A stretch of 64,000 bases of DNA from Schizosaccharomyces osmophilus (Eukaryota). Position numbers and translations under genes: made by a program. Each line of letters opens with the position of its first letter. Position 1 is the first letter of the stretch. Below, piece by piece: positions 24,012 to 35,468 of this stretch. Below the pieces are notes generated by a model, which saw only the letters and a program-made list of their open reading frames with translations, had not been told where the DNA came from and made no database searches. The DNA lies in contig NC_079239.1 in NCBI RefSeq assembly GCF_027921745.1, positions 806,001 through 870,000 on the forward strand, written 5' to 3'.

Positions 24012-24992
24012 ATGCCATTAATTATCTTTTCTGGATATCCCTCTTCAGGGAAAACGACGCGTGCAAAACAACTTCAGAAAGCTTTGGAAGAGCGTATAGA
24101 AAACAATGTTGATGGAACGAAAGAATACCGTGTAGTTATCATCAATGATGAATCTTTGGACATTAAAAAAGAAGTTTACAGAGGTATGCAGTCATGCCTA
24201 AGTCTGCGAGACTTACAGAAAGAGAGCTTATATGCTTGAAAGTATACTAACTGGTACAATTACATAGAATCAAAAACCGAAAAAGCTGCTCGTGGACTTT
24301 TGTACTCTGCCGTCCAACGTGAACTCTCCAAGAGTACTATAGTCATTTGTGATGCACTAAACTATATTAAAGGATTTCGTTATCAGCTTTTCTGCGAGTC
24401 AAAATCCATGTACACCCCTCACTGTGTGGTATGGCATTAAAAACTGTTTACTTCATGCTAACAGGAAATTTAGGTCCATGTTGCTGTACCCAAAGAGATG
24501 CCTAAACAACTAAATGATACTTCCGAGAATCCATACCCCGAAGATGTCCTGGAAGGATTAATTTTTCGATATGAAGAACCAAATGGAATGACTCGATGGG
24601 ATTCACCTCTTTTCACAGTCATTCACGACGATCCTACTCCTCCCATTGATGCTATTTGGTCAGTGCTAATTCATAACAAATCTGTGAAACCAAACTTGGC
24701 TACCATGACCAAAGCACCTGCTGAAGTAAATTATTTATACGAACTCGATAAAATAACACAGGACGTTATCATGCTAATCCTCAATCATCAAAATACAGAG
24801 GGATCTTCTTCGTTGCCAATTCCCGGAAGCCGCCTTCAAATTGAAATGCCAAGTATAACTGTGTCACTTCCACTTTTACAGCGTTTTCGCCGTCAATTTG
24901 TTCACATCAATCGCCAACAATCATACAATACCAACCTTTTAAAAGATATGTTTGTCGATTATTTGAACGGACAATTTGAAACAATGGAGTGA
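24012..24992 (+). CDS. kti12: Elongator-associated P-loop protein Kti12, 3 exons
   Basis: MPLIIFSGYPSSGKTTRA, NYIKGFRYQL, RYEEPNGMTRWDSPLF. Confidence 0.95.
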
Positions 24993-25980
24993 GGGGTATG
25001 ATATTGCGGCGGATAACAAGAGAAAATATCTTGTTTGAGTTCTCATATGGTACAAATTTTGTTTAGGCGCAAAAAAAGTACTTTGAAACTATCTGGTTTA
25101 TTTCCTTATTATAAATACAAATGTTTTTTTTGGGTTTTATTTGTATATTTTTACTCAATATGTACTGTTTTTCGTAATAACTCATTTATTTACTAAGGTG
25201 AACATTACGCGAGTAAGGCGGTTTGAAAGAAGAAATAGCATCTCTAAATTCAATCTTGTTTTCAAGGCTTACGGTATTTGCTACAGTTGTAATTCTGAGA
25301 CCACAGCTTCATAGGACAACAATACAATTCAGCCAATACATTCAAAAAAGTTCACAAAGATATGACATTCTATTACTCATTACATATGCTTTTATAGATG
25401 TGAACGATTATATAGTTTGCCTTAGCACCAGAGCATATTATAAAACACTACCCAAATATATGCATAAAAACAATAAGATGATAATACATACTATAATAGC
25501 ATAATCGATACAGTTTAGTATCATTAATGCCTTTACACATTATCATAGACTATTTCATATTATGCTACATTTTATCCCAAAACTAGTTCTGCATATGGCA
25601 GGACTAGTTTTGTTTTTGTTGTTCATTTTGGTATAATTGCTACAGACTTCGGTTTTGCTGATATTAAGCGTCCAAGCTCTTAAACAACATTAAGGAATAG
25701 AGATGATCGTATTGTGAATTACAATTCATTTATAATTGATCTAGAAAATTAAGTACTATAAACAACTTATTTACTGCTCTTTGCGATTCCAATTACCACC
25801 AAAAATTAATTTTCATATTCTCATTATAAACTCTCGCAGCTTTGTGTATCTTTGGAGCTCTTTATTCTAGATACTGAATTGGAGCGTCAATAAGGGCTCG
25901 GGCATATCCATATATATTATACTTCCACCATCGCCAATTATAGTACTGTCTTTTGGTCATAATAATTGGCTTTTAGAAAG

Positions 25981-28900
25981 ATGCAGGATGATCCTGGGAA
26001 TGTGGCAGAGGTACCTGTTGTATCGAACCACGAAAAGATGTCGAGTACAGACAACGTGCATCCAATTGAACCGGAGACCTTAAACCTAGATACTGTATTA
26101 GAATCACAAAAAAAATCCCAAGATGAACCTCAAGAGTCTTCAAATCAAGCCCTGGAACCCATAAATGCTGAAGAAGATGGACAGGCACCTGGCCAAGGCG
26201 ACCTGTCATTACCAGCTACGTTAAACCAAGTGGTGGACGAGCAGCAAGAGCAAGAAGAAATTCCTCTACAAGCTTCTGTTGAAAATACAGAATTAACGAT
26301 CCCAGTGTCTAAAGAACCACAAAACGAAGTTGACGAAAAGGGCGCTCAAAACCCTCAGCCTCCTGTTGAACATGAAAACTTAACGATCCCAGCGACTGAG
26401 GGACCACAAGACGAATCAGACGAAAAGGCCACTTATAACATTCAGTCTCCTTCAAGCTGGGAACGATCTGCTCGTCTCGTGCTTATTAAATGTATCAATG
26501 AATTTCAAGAGATTCGAGCATGCACGAAATTTGATCCATTGCGTAAAGTGATGGGCGATATAAAGCCTCGCCTCCAGACGGACGACGACTACGACAAAAC
26601 CCTTCTCATTGATTTTTTCCAACATGCTTTTGAGATTGAACAGGACGACGTTTTAAATATTGCTTTAAACACTGTATCAAAGTTAGCTTCTTTTGCTTAC
26701 TTCCCAGAAGACAAAAAGATTTCAACTTCAAATCCTTCTTCGAAATCAATGTTACAATGCATTGTGGATATGGTATGTGATTGCATAAATGATGAAGTCG
26801 TCGATGGCACATTACAACTCAACGTTGTCAAAGCTCTTTCCGCTTTCATCCTTTGCTCGGAAAAAAATGCGTTACTTCATGGAGCTATTCTTCTTAATTC
26901 CATCCGCAAGCTTTATAATATCTTTCTTCTTGGCGATGATGATTCCATACAATCTGTAGCTCAGGCTTCTCTGACTCAGGCTGTTGGGATTGTTTTTGAG
27001 CGTTTACGTGTGTATCATCCATCCAGCTCGTCTGTTAATTTAGGTTCAAACGACGCCGCTACTGCAAGCACTGACTCTTTGCGTGAAAATCTCCCAAATG
27101 CGGAAGAGAAAATAACACTACAATCAATGGCTTCTAACGGCACGCCAAAGTTGGATTATGTGAAAATGGATGTTGAAAATTCCAAGGCTACTACTAGTCT
27201 TGAACATTTATCTCTTCAGGATGCGTATCTAGTATTCCGCACCCTTTGCAGGCTCGCAGTTCGCCATACTTCTTCCGACAAAGTTGATAATATACGTTCT
27301 CAAGCCATGAGATCAAAGCTTATAAGCCTTCACCTTATTTATTCTATATTAGACAAGAATAGTGACTTGTTCACCGAAGTAACTTTTCCTTTCCAAAACA
27401 TACCTGCGTTAGAGGGATTAACTCTAGCACAGGCATCTCGTCAGTACATTTGTTTGATTTTATCTCGCAATGCAGTAAGCCCGATACCTCAGGTCTTTGA
27501 GATTTGCTGCAATATTTTTTGGCTTATCGTATCCTCCTTGCGCATACAATTTAAACAAGAAATTGCCGTCTTTTTTCGTGAGGTTTATTTCCCTATATTG
27601 GATTTAAAAAATACTTCTTACAATCAAAAGCTTCACACCCTATTAATTTTCCAACGTATTTGCCGGAATCCAAGGGCGCTGGTTGAATTATATATTAATT
27701 ACGATTGCGACCGCAACTCGACTACTAATGTTTTTGAACAACTTCTCTTTTCTATATCAAAAACCAATTCTGTCACTCCTTTAGATTCAAGCACATATCA
27801 ATACGAAGACTTGCTCCCTTCAATGGAAAGTTCGGAAAGAAGTACTACTCCTTTTTTAACTACCAATTCTAGCTCTCTTAATTCAGAAGTAGTACAACTA
27901 ACGAATTTTAGTGATTATCAATTAAAGCTTAAAGCATTGGAATGTGTCATTGATGTTTTGCATTCCTTAATGAGTTGGGCCGAAAGTGGATTTTACTTAG
28001 CTGGGGGCAACATATCTACAGATGAGAATGTGGCAGGTACTGAGGATGATCCCTCAGCGCCTTCAGACACGCCGAATACGCTTCCAGTGCACAGCGGCCG
28101 ACCATCTCTTGAAACAAATTCTCGCAGTAGTAGTTCATTGGCGTTGGCTGATCCTTCAGAATTTGAGTTGAATAAACAAAGGAAAATGTTACTTCGGCAT
28201 TGCATAAATAAGTTTAACTATAAGCCGGGTTTGGGAGTCAAACTCTTATCTGAAAATGGATTTGTCAAAGTTGACGATTCTGCTTCGGTAGCTACATTTT
28301 TGTTTAACACCGAAGGTTTTAATAAGACTACTCTCGGTGATTACTTGGGAGCTGGCGAGGATTACAACATCTCTGTGATGCACAATTTCGTCGACCACTT
28401 TAATTTTGCCAATTACCGCTTCGTTGATGCCTTACGTCGTTTGTTGCAAGCTTTCCGATTACCAGGTGAAGCTCAAAAAATTGACCGTATTATGTTGAAA
28501 TTTTCTGAGCGTTATATGAAAGAAAATCCGTCAGCTTTTGCTAATGCGGATACCGCTTACATATTAGCGTATTCTATTATCATGTTAAATACTGACTTAC
28601 ACTCACCTCAAATTAAAAATAGAATGACAAAGGAAGATTTCATTAAAAACAATCGAGGAATTAACAATGGCGGCGACCTTGACGAAGATTATCTTGGGTT
28701 TGTTTACCAGGATATATTAAACAATGAGATTGTTCTCAAAGACGAACAGCAAATGGCCGCTATAGCACCATTAATGAATTCTAACAACAATGTAGGCCTT
28801 TTCGCTGCTTCTTTCACTCAGACAGGCCGCGAACTACAAAGGACAGCGTATCTTCAAGCTTCAGAAGAGATGGCCAATAAGACAACCACCGTTCTTAAAA

Positions 28901-31479
28901 AACTCATGAAGCAACAGAAGCATAATCCGAAAAAGGAAAATGTATTTTACAACGCTAAACACTTTGAGCATATTGGACCAATGCTTGAAGCCGGATGGAT
29001 GCCCATTTTAGCAGCTATCTCAAACCCTTTACAAGAATCTGAGCATTTGTATGAATTATCTTGGTGTTTGGAAGGTTTCCAATATGTGATACATGTTGCT
29101 TGTCTTTTCGACCTTGATTTAGTTCGTGATGCTTTCATAAAGACACTGGTAAATTTCACTAACTTACACTCGGCCTACGATATAAAGACGAAAAATACAA
29201 TGGTTATTAAAACACTACTCAAAATTGCTTGTGCCGAAGGCAACAATTTGAGGTCTTCTTGGAAAGACATTCTTACCAGTATCAGCCAATTGGAGCGTGT
29301 ACAATTAATTGGTGAAGGGGTCGACGAAGCAGAGATTCCGGATGTTATAAATGCTAGAGTGCGACCATCGAGTTCAACAAAGCTAACGCGCCAAGCGAGT
29401 GGAATTGCTCAAAACCAAACCCCTAAATCAAACTTAAAACAGTTATCGTCTGAAGTTATTTCCGAACTGATGTCTACTGAAATTGTACTTTCCATTGATA
29501 AAGTTTTTACGCAGACTTCTTCTCTCTCAGGTGTAGCTATAAAATCATTTTTTGAGGCTCTATGTGAAGTTGCATGGGATGAAATAACTTCCTCTAGTGA
29601 ATCAGAAAGTCCTCGCTTGTTTAGCTTACAAAAGCTTGTTGAAATTTCATATTACAACATGGGACGAATCAGAGTTGAATGGTCTTCTATTTGGAATGTG
29701 CTTGGGAAATTCTTCAATCTGGTTGCTACTCGCGGGAACAAACGTGTTGCGGTGTTTGCTTTGGACTCTTTAAGACAATTGTCTATGCATTTCTTACAAA
29801 TTGAGGAACTTTCTTTATTTTCTTTTCAGAAAGAATTTCTCAAACCTTATGAATATGTCATGTCATCAGATGCTTCGGTTGATGTTAAAGAGCTCGTGTT
29901 GCAGTGTATTCGGCAAATGATACAAGCTAGGGTTTGCAATATAAAATCTGGATGGAAAACACTTTTCGGGGTTTTTACTTTTTCCGCTAAAGCCCGAAAT
30001 GATACTTTACTTTCGTTAACTTTTGAAACACTGTTGGACATATTTGTGCACCATTACAATTATATAGTACAACAGGGATGTTTGATTGACATGCTTGTTT
30101 CATATACTGAACTGTGCAAGAATGGTGTCAATCAAAAAATAGCGCTGCAAAGTCTGGATGCCATTAAGAAGATCTACTCCAATATGGTTTTAGAAGCCAA
30201 AGGCAAAAAGAATTTCAATGCGGAAGATGTGTCAAAATCCACTTTTCCCATTTTGTTTGCTTACTATGATGTGGTAGTTTCTGCTGAAGACTTAGAGGTA
30301 CGATCTAGGGCTCTTCAAAATATGTTTTACATATTTCTTGAAGAGTCTGATGACTTCACAGAGCAGATATGGGAAATAGTTTCACGAAAATTTATTTTTC
30401 CGATTTTCTCCACATTTAGTTTAGAATCAGATGATATTTTGCTACGCGATGAAGAAGTTCGTACTTGGCAATCAACCACACTTGTGGAGGCTCTGAAAAA
30501 TATTGTTGCATTGATTTCTCGTCGATTCGAAAAACTACATACCCTACTCAAAGGTTACTTTCGATTATTTAGTACCTGCGTCTGTCGCGACAATGTCAGC
30601 CTATCTCGGATAGGTACTAGCTGTATGCAGCAAGTATTACTCGAAAATGCACACAGATTTACTGAAAAAGAATGGGATGTAGTCGTTGAGCTCTTCGTTG
30701 ATCTTTTCCGCGAAACCACTCCACGTAAATTATTGTTAGAAGAAGCCTTTTGGGTTGACGACGAGAATTTCATTCGTTCTAGTCCGGCTCATTCTCAAAA
30801 TACAAGAAATGATGCTAACGAGAATTCTGTAAATCTCATTGCGGAAAAACAGACCGAATTTCGGTCCATGATTCGAAAATGCATTATGCAACTTTTGTTG
30901 GTCAGTATCGTTGCTGAATTGCTCGATTACGAAAGTATCTTTAAGCACATTCCTCAACGACAAGTTCTAAAACTCACCCGAGCAGTTTATGATTCCTGGC
31001 AATTTGCCAGAAAATTTAACGAAAACAAGTCTTTACGTGTATCTTTACTGAGTATTGGTTACATGAAGCAGCTGCCTAATTTGTTACGGCAAGAAACAGC
31101 AAGCGCTTTATTGTACATCAGTTTACTCTTTAGGTTATTAAATAGCGAAAGCTTAGCGATTGATCCAAGTTATTATGCTGAAGTTGCCAGTTTACTTTTC
31201 CCTGCCTGCGCAGATTTGTTAGAACTTTATGCTTCTATGACTATTGAGAAACACACGCGAAACCACGTTAGCTGGCAGCCGGTTATCGCTACCATTCTTG
31301 AAAACACAACAGAGCTTCCTGACAATTTGTTTATTGATGCGATGCAACAATTATATCATCCTTGCTGTTCTATGATAGCTAAAGGAAGTCTTGACGACCA
31401 GCTTCGAGGTCTGCTAAAAGCTTATTTCAGTCGGGTGGGTAATACTTTTCTTAGAAAAGAGCCGAAAGATCAATTATAG
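25981..31479 (+). CDS. sec72: Large Sec7/BIG-family Arf GEF
   Basis: Sec7 domain FRLPGEAQKIDR and IIMLNTDLH; HUS box YINYDCD; HDS motif FSLQKLVEISYYNM. Paralogue assignment from synteny. Confidence 0.9.
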   Translation: MQDDPGNVAEVPVVSNHEKMSSTDNVHPIEPETLNLDTVLESQKKSQDEPQESSNQALEPINAEEDGQAPGQGDLSLPATLNQVVDEQQEQEEIPLQASVENTELTIPVSKEPQNEVDEKGAQNPQPPVEHENLTIPATEGPQDESDEKATYNIQSPSSWERSARLVLIKCINEFQEIRACTKFDPLRKVMGDIKPRLQTDDDYDKTLLIDFFQHAFEIEQDDVLNIALNTVSKLASFAYFPEDKKISTSNPSSKSMLQCIVDMVCDCINDEVVDGTLQLNVVKALSAFILCSEKNALLHGAILLNSIRKLYNIFLLGDDDSIQSVAQASLTQAVGIVFERLRVYHPSSSSVNLGSNDAATASTDSLRENLPNAEEKITLQSMASNGTPKLDYVKMDVENSKATTSLEHLSLQDAYLVFRTLCRLAVRHTSSDKVDNIRSQAMRSKLISLHLIYSILDKNSDLFTEVTFPFQNIPALEGLTLAQASRQYICLILSRNAVSPIPQVFEICCNIFWLIVSSLRIQFKQEIAVFFREVYFPILDLKNTSYNQKLHTLLIFQRICRNPRALVELYINYDCDRNSTTNVFEQLLFSISKTNSVTPLDSSTYQYEDLLPSMESSERSTTPFLTTNSSSLNSEVVQLTNFSDYQLKLKALECVIDVLHSLMSWAESGFYLAGGNISTDENVAGTEDDPSAPSDTPNTLPVHSGRPSLETNSRSSSSLALADPSEFELNKQRKMLLRHCINKFNYKPGLGVKLLSENGFVKVDDSASVATFLFNTEGFNKTTLGDYLGAGEDYNISVMHNFVDHFNFANYRFVDALRRLLQAFRLPGEAQKIDRIMLKFSERYMKENPSAFANADTAYILAYSIIMLNTDLHSPQIKNRMTKEDFIKNNRGINNGGDLDEDYLGFVYQDILNNEIVLKDEQQMAAIAPLMNSNNNVGLFAASFTQTGRELQRTAYLQASEEMANKTTTVLKKLMKQQKHNPKKENVFYNAKHFEHIGPMLEAGWMPILAAISNPLQESEHLYELSWCLEGFQYVIHVACLFDLDLVRDAFIKTLVNFTNLHSAYDIKTKNTMVIKTLLKIACAEGNNLRSSWKDILTSISQLERVQLIGEGVDEAEIPDVINARVRPSSSTKLTRQASGIAQNQTPKSNLKQLSSEVISELMSTEIVLSIDKVFTQTSSLSGVAIKSFFEALCEVAWDEITSSSESESPRLFSLQKLVEISYYNMGRIRVEWSSIWNVLGKFFNLVATRGNKRVAVFALDSLRQLSMHFLQIEELSLFSFQKEFLKPYEYVMSSDASVDVKELVLQCIRQMIQARVCNIKSGWKTLFGVFTFSAKARNDTLLSLTFETLLDIFVHHYNYIVQQGCLIDMLVSYTELCKNGVNQKIALQSLDAIKKIYSNMVLEAKGKKNFNAEDVSKSTFPILFAYYDVVVSAEDLEVRSRALQNMFYIFLEESDDFTEQIWEIVSRKFIFPIFSTFSLESDDILLRDEEVRTWQSTTLVEALKNIVALISRRFEKLHTLLKGYFRLFSTCVCRDNVSLSRIGTSCMQQVLLENAHRFTEKEWDVVVELFVDLFRETTPRKLLLEEAFWVDDENFIRSSPAHSQNTRNDANENSVNLIAEKQTEFRSMIRKCIMQLLLVSIVAELLDYESIFKHIPQRQVLKLTRAVYDSWQFARKFNENKSLRVSLLSIGYMKQLPNLLRQETASALLYISLLFRLLNSESLAIDPSYYAEVASLLFPACADLLELYASMTIEKHTRNHVSWQPVIATILENTTELPDNLFIDAMQQLYHPCCSMIAKGSLDDQLRGLLKAYFSRVGNTFLRKEPKDQL
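26278..26451 (+). repeat. Degenerate 87-bp tandem duplication in the sec72 N-terminus
   Basis: VENTELTIPVSKEPQNEVDEKGAQNPQPP / VEHENLTIPATEGPQDESDEKATYNIQSP; both copies share TTAACGATCCCAG and GACGAAAAGG. Confidence 0.85.
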
Positions 31480-32201
31480 CATGCCTATATTATGCATATA
31501 TAATGAGCAAATAATGTATATCTTCCTTAGATGCTTTTTTTTTAACGATTCTTATGGTTATGCCATACCATCCGTTCTTTCTGTCGTTTACTGTTGATGT
31601 TTTATTTTTTTGAATGCTTGTTGAATTAGAGTGAATATATGAACATCCATGATATTATTATTCAAGTAAATCTCAGTAATTTTTTTATATATATTTATTG
31701 TATCTAAATATCTAAGCAGCCTGTGCCCTTTTTTAATATATAACAACACGTACCAAGAATTTTGCCTTATAGAATCAAAACAAACTGATGAAGAGTAGAG
31801 CAGGGCTTTAACTACTATGAGGTGTTGTTTTAAACCAGCGTAACATAAGCTTTGTACTCCAATTCTCCAAAAAGAACGCTAAGCTGACAAATCTCATAGC
31901 AGACTATGCTTTCGAATTCCACATAAAGTTTAAACCATAACTTTTGCTATATGATTAAGTCTTTGAAAGATAGCCATAACGAAAGACACGCCTACTCAAA
32001 AATCCAAACCACTTTCCTTTTAACTAGCGAAAATTCAGGTATAATCAAATTCTTCACTCTGGGCAAACGAAAAACAAACAAGTACTCAAAAAAAAATTAA
32101 TTGATAGAATCCAGCAAACCAGTCGTTATAGTTATCACCTCAAAAATTTTTATTTCTTTTTTAATTTTGATTTTAAAAAACGACTTTTGTAAAAAGTATG
32201 C

Positions 32202-33542
32202 TCAAACATTAGCGTCTGAAAGCTTCAAATCATCCTTCATGTTTCTAGACAAGTCATTGAGCTCTGCGGTAAGAGGAGCGGCAGACAAATTAGATATCGA
32301 ACTTGCTAAAGACGAGGTGTTGGAGTTGGGTTGGGGAGCAGTGGAATCAGAAAGCTCAAAGGAAAGACGAAGCTCTTTTGGTAAGACCCAAGGCTCCCAA
32401 GTTTCTGAGCGACGTACCTTAGCCATGATAGGCGTTTCAAAAGAAGGATGAAGCGTAACAACGGAAGACGCTTCACAAGCACTTAAAAGAAGATTAATGT
32501 CACTAGTCAGACTTTTAATTCTATTGAAGGAGGCTAGAAAAGCGATTGGAACGTAACCTTCGTCATCCATGTGTTTACGTAAAAACATGTCCTTGCAAAG
32601 GTTTTCTATGGACATATAATATTCAATTTGAGAAGTAAGGAATCCCTTTACATCGTAAACGTACTGAACATTGCCAGTAGGATTTGTGACAACCGGCACA
32701 TTTGGCACTTTATTTTGGTGATACGTACGGTTAGGGTGATAATTGGGATTCTTGCTGCGATATCCTTTGCGATAGTTTCTGCCACGGAATCCGCTATTAT
32801 TATGAGAAGTTTCATTATTGCCTCTTTCTCGAAGAGTGTCATCTAATCGACGAGGGTTGCGAGAATGGCTGTTTGCAATATTAACTTGTTCAGCTGTTTT
32901 TTGGACTGCATCGGGAGCATTTACATCGTCCAAAGATTGAAGAACATTCTCCTGACGACGGGTTTGGTTTTGATTTTGACTTTGAGAGTAAATTTGAATG
33001 TTGCTTTTACGGCGTGCACTACCAGAACGACGATTTCCGTCATTTCTAGAGCGGCTGGGTTTCTTGGAAGAAGAATGAATGGGGGGATGGCTTATTTCGG
33101 GAGTAATCACTACCCATTTTTCTTTGCCATTTGCTTTTGGAGCCAAAGGCTTTTTCTCTTCCGGATCCTGCTTCCTCTCTTCAGAAAACTTTTGTTCAAC
33201 TAATTCAGGACTAGGCCAAATATTGGGGTCTTGAAGTCGGGCTTGCTGTGATTGCTTTTGCTCAGTTTGAGAGCCACCAGCCTTTTGCGACAATTGTTCA
33301 CGACGAACAGCCCAAATATTGACGGACGAGTCAAAAGGGCTTTGATCATTTAAAGTCGGAGTAGTTTCGCCAGAAATTGAAGCAGGGATATCACCGCCCG
33401 CGGAGTCCTTTTGATTGTTGGAGGCATTCACATCATCCTTTGATGAATTCACTTCACCAGACTGCCGCGTTGATTCATTCACAGGAGCAGCTGGAGCTGC
33501 CTTTTGGTCTTTCTCTAGGGTCAAAGTTTGATCCTGAACCAT
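32202..33542 (-). CDS. slr1: La-related RNA-binding protein (LARP1/Sro9 family)
   Basis: La motif QIEYYMSIENLCKDMFLRKHMDDEGYVPIAFLASFNRIK. Confidence 0.9.
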   Translation of the reverse strand: MVQDQTLTLEKDQKAAPAAPVNESTRQSGEVNSSKDDVNASNNQKDSAGGDIPASISGETTPTLNDQSPFDSSVNIWAVRREQLSQKAGGSQTEQKQSQQARLQDPNIWPSPELVEQKFSEERKQDPEEKKPLAPKANGKEKWVVITPEISHPPIHSSSKKPSRSRNDGNRRSGSARRKSNIQIYSQSQNQNQTRRQENVLQSLDDVNAPDAVQKTAEQVNIANSHSRNPRRLDDTLRERGNNETSHNNSGFRGRNYRKGYRSKNPNYHPNRTYHQNKVPNVPVVTNPTGNVQYVYDVKGFLTSQIEYYMSIENLCKDMFLRKHMDDEGYVPIAFLASFNRIKSLTSDINLLLSACEASSVVTLHPSFETPIMAKVRRSETWEPWVLPKELRLSFELSDSTAPQPNSNTSSLASSISNLSAAPLTAELNDLSRNMKDDLKLSDANV

Positions 33543-34217
33543 TTTTATCTCTTAATTTTCTAGCAAGCACTGAAAAATTAAGTCAACCTACAATTCTGCG
33601 TATTGTCGCGGCAAAACTTCGTGAAAACCAAAAAAAAACAAAATCAATGAAATAAATTGGTTCACTGTAAGATAAAACGAAGACCGAAGCCAAACCGATT
33701 AAACTATGTTTCAATTTGTCAAAAATTGACACGTTCGTTTTTTGGTTTCAAGAAAAAAGTCACAGTCCCCGTATCGTAATGAACAGCACCCACTACGATA
33801 AATATAATGCGAAAATATTTCGTTTATTGAGTTACAGAAACCAACTCAATTTACGGCTCCTGTGTTGTACTTGGAAAAAGCCTTCTGAGTTGAACTTGTT
33901 ATACATATTACTACGCTTTTTTTCTTTCATATAACGAGCTCTACATGATGATAGTAAAATCAATTAAAGTATATAAAATAGCACGTACAATTTCGGTAAA
34001 CGATAAACAAAAGAAAAAGGTTAAGAAAGTAAGAAAAACGAAAGTTTCTTTTTCTGAAGGAACATTATGAATTTAAAAAGTTAGATGCGTTTTGAAGAGT
34101 TTCTTCTGGATGTTAATCTCAGAGCTTTTAAGGGTCACAGTAAACAAAATAGAAAGCAAGCAATCATTATGGGTAAAAGAAAGTATGCAAGCTATCACGC
34201 CGAACACGATCGCTTTG

Positions 34218-35085
34218 CTAAGGTAACCAGTTGGACATAGACCGTGAGGCCATCCGTGCTCCAAACGAAACTGTTCTTGTACCAAACGGGAAGAAAGCAA
34301 TCAAGTAAGCCAAAAACAATATGATATGAATTGCTCCAAAAACAATACTTAGAATTGACGACTTTATATAAATGGTTGATACAACAGTTGCAAGTAGGCT
34401 TGCAAAGTACCCTAAGGTAATTGGAAGCCGTTCCTTCGTAATTAACTGCTCAAAGTGAGTTTTGAATCCAATAATGATCGCAAAGCTAAATATTTGTTAA
34501 CACTAAATACGATTTGATCAAATAAACAGCTCCAGTCCTGACCTAGCGGCAGTTTCACGGCAACGTTATTCCATTCGCAAAAAGAAAAAAAAAAAAAAGA
34601 ATGAATGAAGAAATGACAACTCCCTCGTTCTATCTGAAGTGAACCGTTGTCCGGTAGGCGATACAGGAGAAGACAGGACTTACCCAAAAACAGCTAACAG
34701 ACTGCCCATGGTCAACAATAAAACGAATTTTCTTGGCTTCAGTATAAGTACTGGAAACATAAAGCAAACAATTGCATAACAAGCAAAGCTACCTAATAAA
34801 CAAAGTCCAAACAACATATACCTCTCCCAACGTGACAGGCTGAAGTCGCCGCTCTGAAAGTATGAGCTTCCATTTGCATTAGTTGGTACTTCAGCATAAT
34901 CGTTCGTCCATGGGAGTGAACTTCTGACGCGCTCGTACCAAGTATTCGTAGATTCTGATGCAGCTTCACCAGTTCGTTCTAACACCGACTGCAGACGCGA
35001 TTGAAAGCTCTAAAATTTATCATTAGTTTCATAATCCACTTATCATATGTATCTATATCCAAACTTCGCTTCTTACATCTTCCAT
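34218..35085 (-). CDS. sft2: Golgi transport membrane protein Sft2, 3 exons
   Basis: MED/SFQSRLQ...LSRWER...LKPRKFVLLLTMGS...ITKERLP...YLIAFFPFG...NWLP*. Second intron is 34683-34486. Confidence 0.9.
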
Positions 35086-35468
35086 TTTCTATACTTGTAG
35101 TGTGTTGGGCTTTTCCTATAACGTCAGAAACCTCGTTCTACCAGGAATTCTTATACGTCGAAAGATTATTTGGTTTTGTAATTGAAAAGTAACGTATAAA
35201 ACGTTACTTTTAATTGGAAACAGTTTAAGGGTTCTCGCCCTTCCCCTACACTGTTTCCCTATTAATAATGCACCTTTCAATGGATCCTACATATATATGA
35301 TCTTACACAGCTAGACTATTAAGAAATCAATTAAATTTATTAACATCTATAACTTATTATGATAGGTATCAACATCGTAAGGGAAATTGTGATTCTTATA
35401 TCTATGCTTCACTGAATGCCAAACTTAGTAAAACATGATTTAGTATTTCAAACCTTTCCACCTTTAAT

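Noticed and set aside
34486..34683. Possible TPP riboswitch in the sft2 intron
   Set aside because: The conserved CTGAGA and GAACCTGAT..GATAATAC..GCG core is absent, and the gene is unrelated to thiamine.
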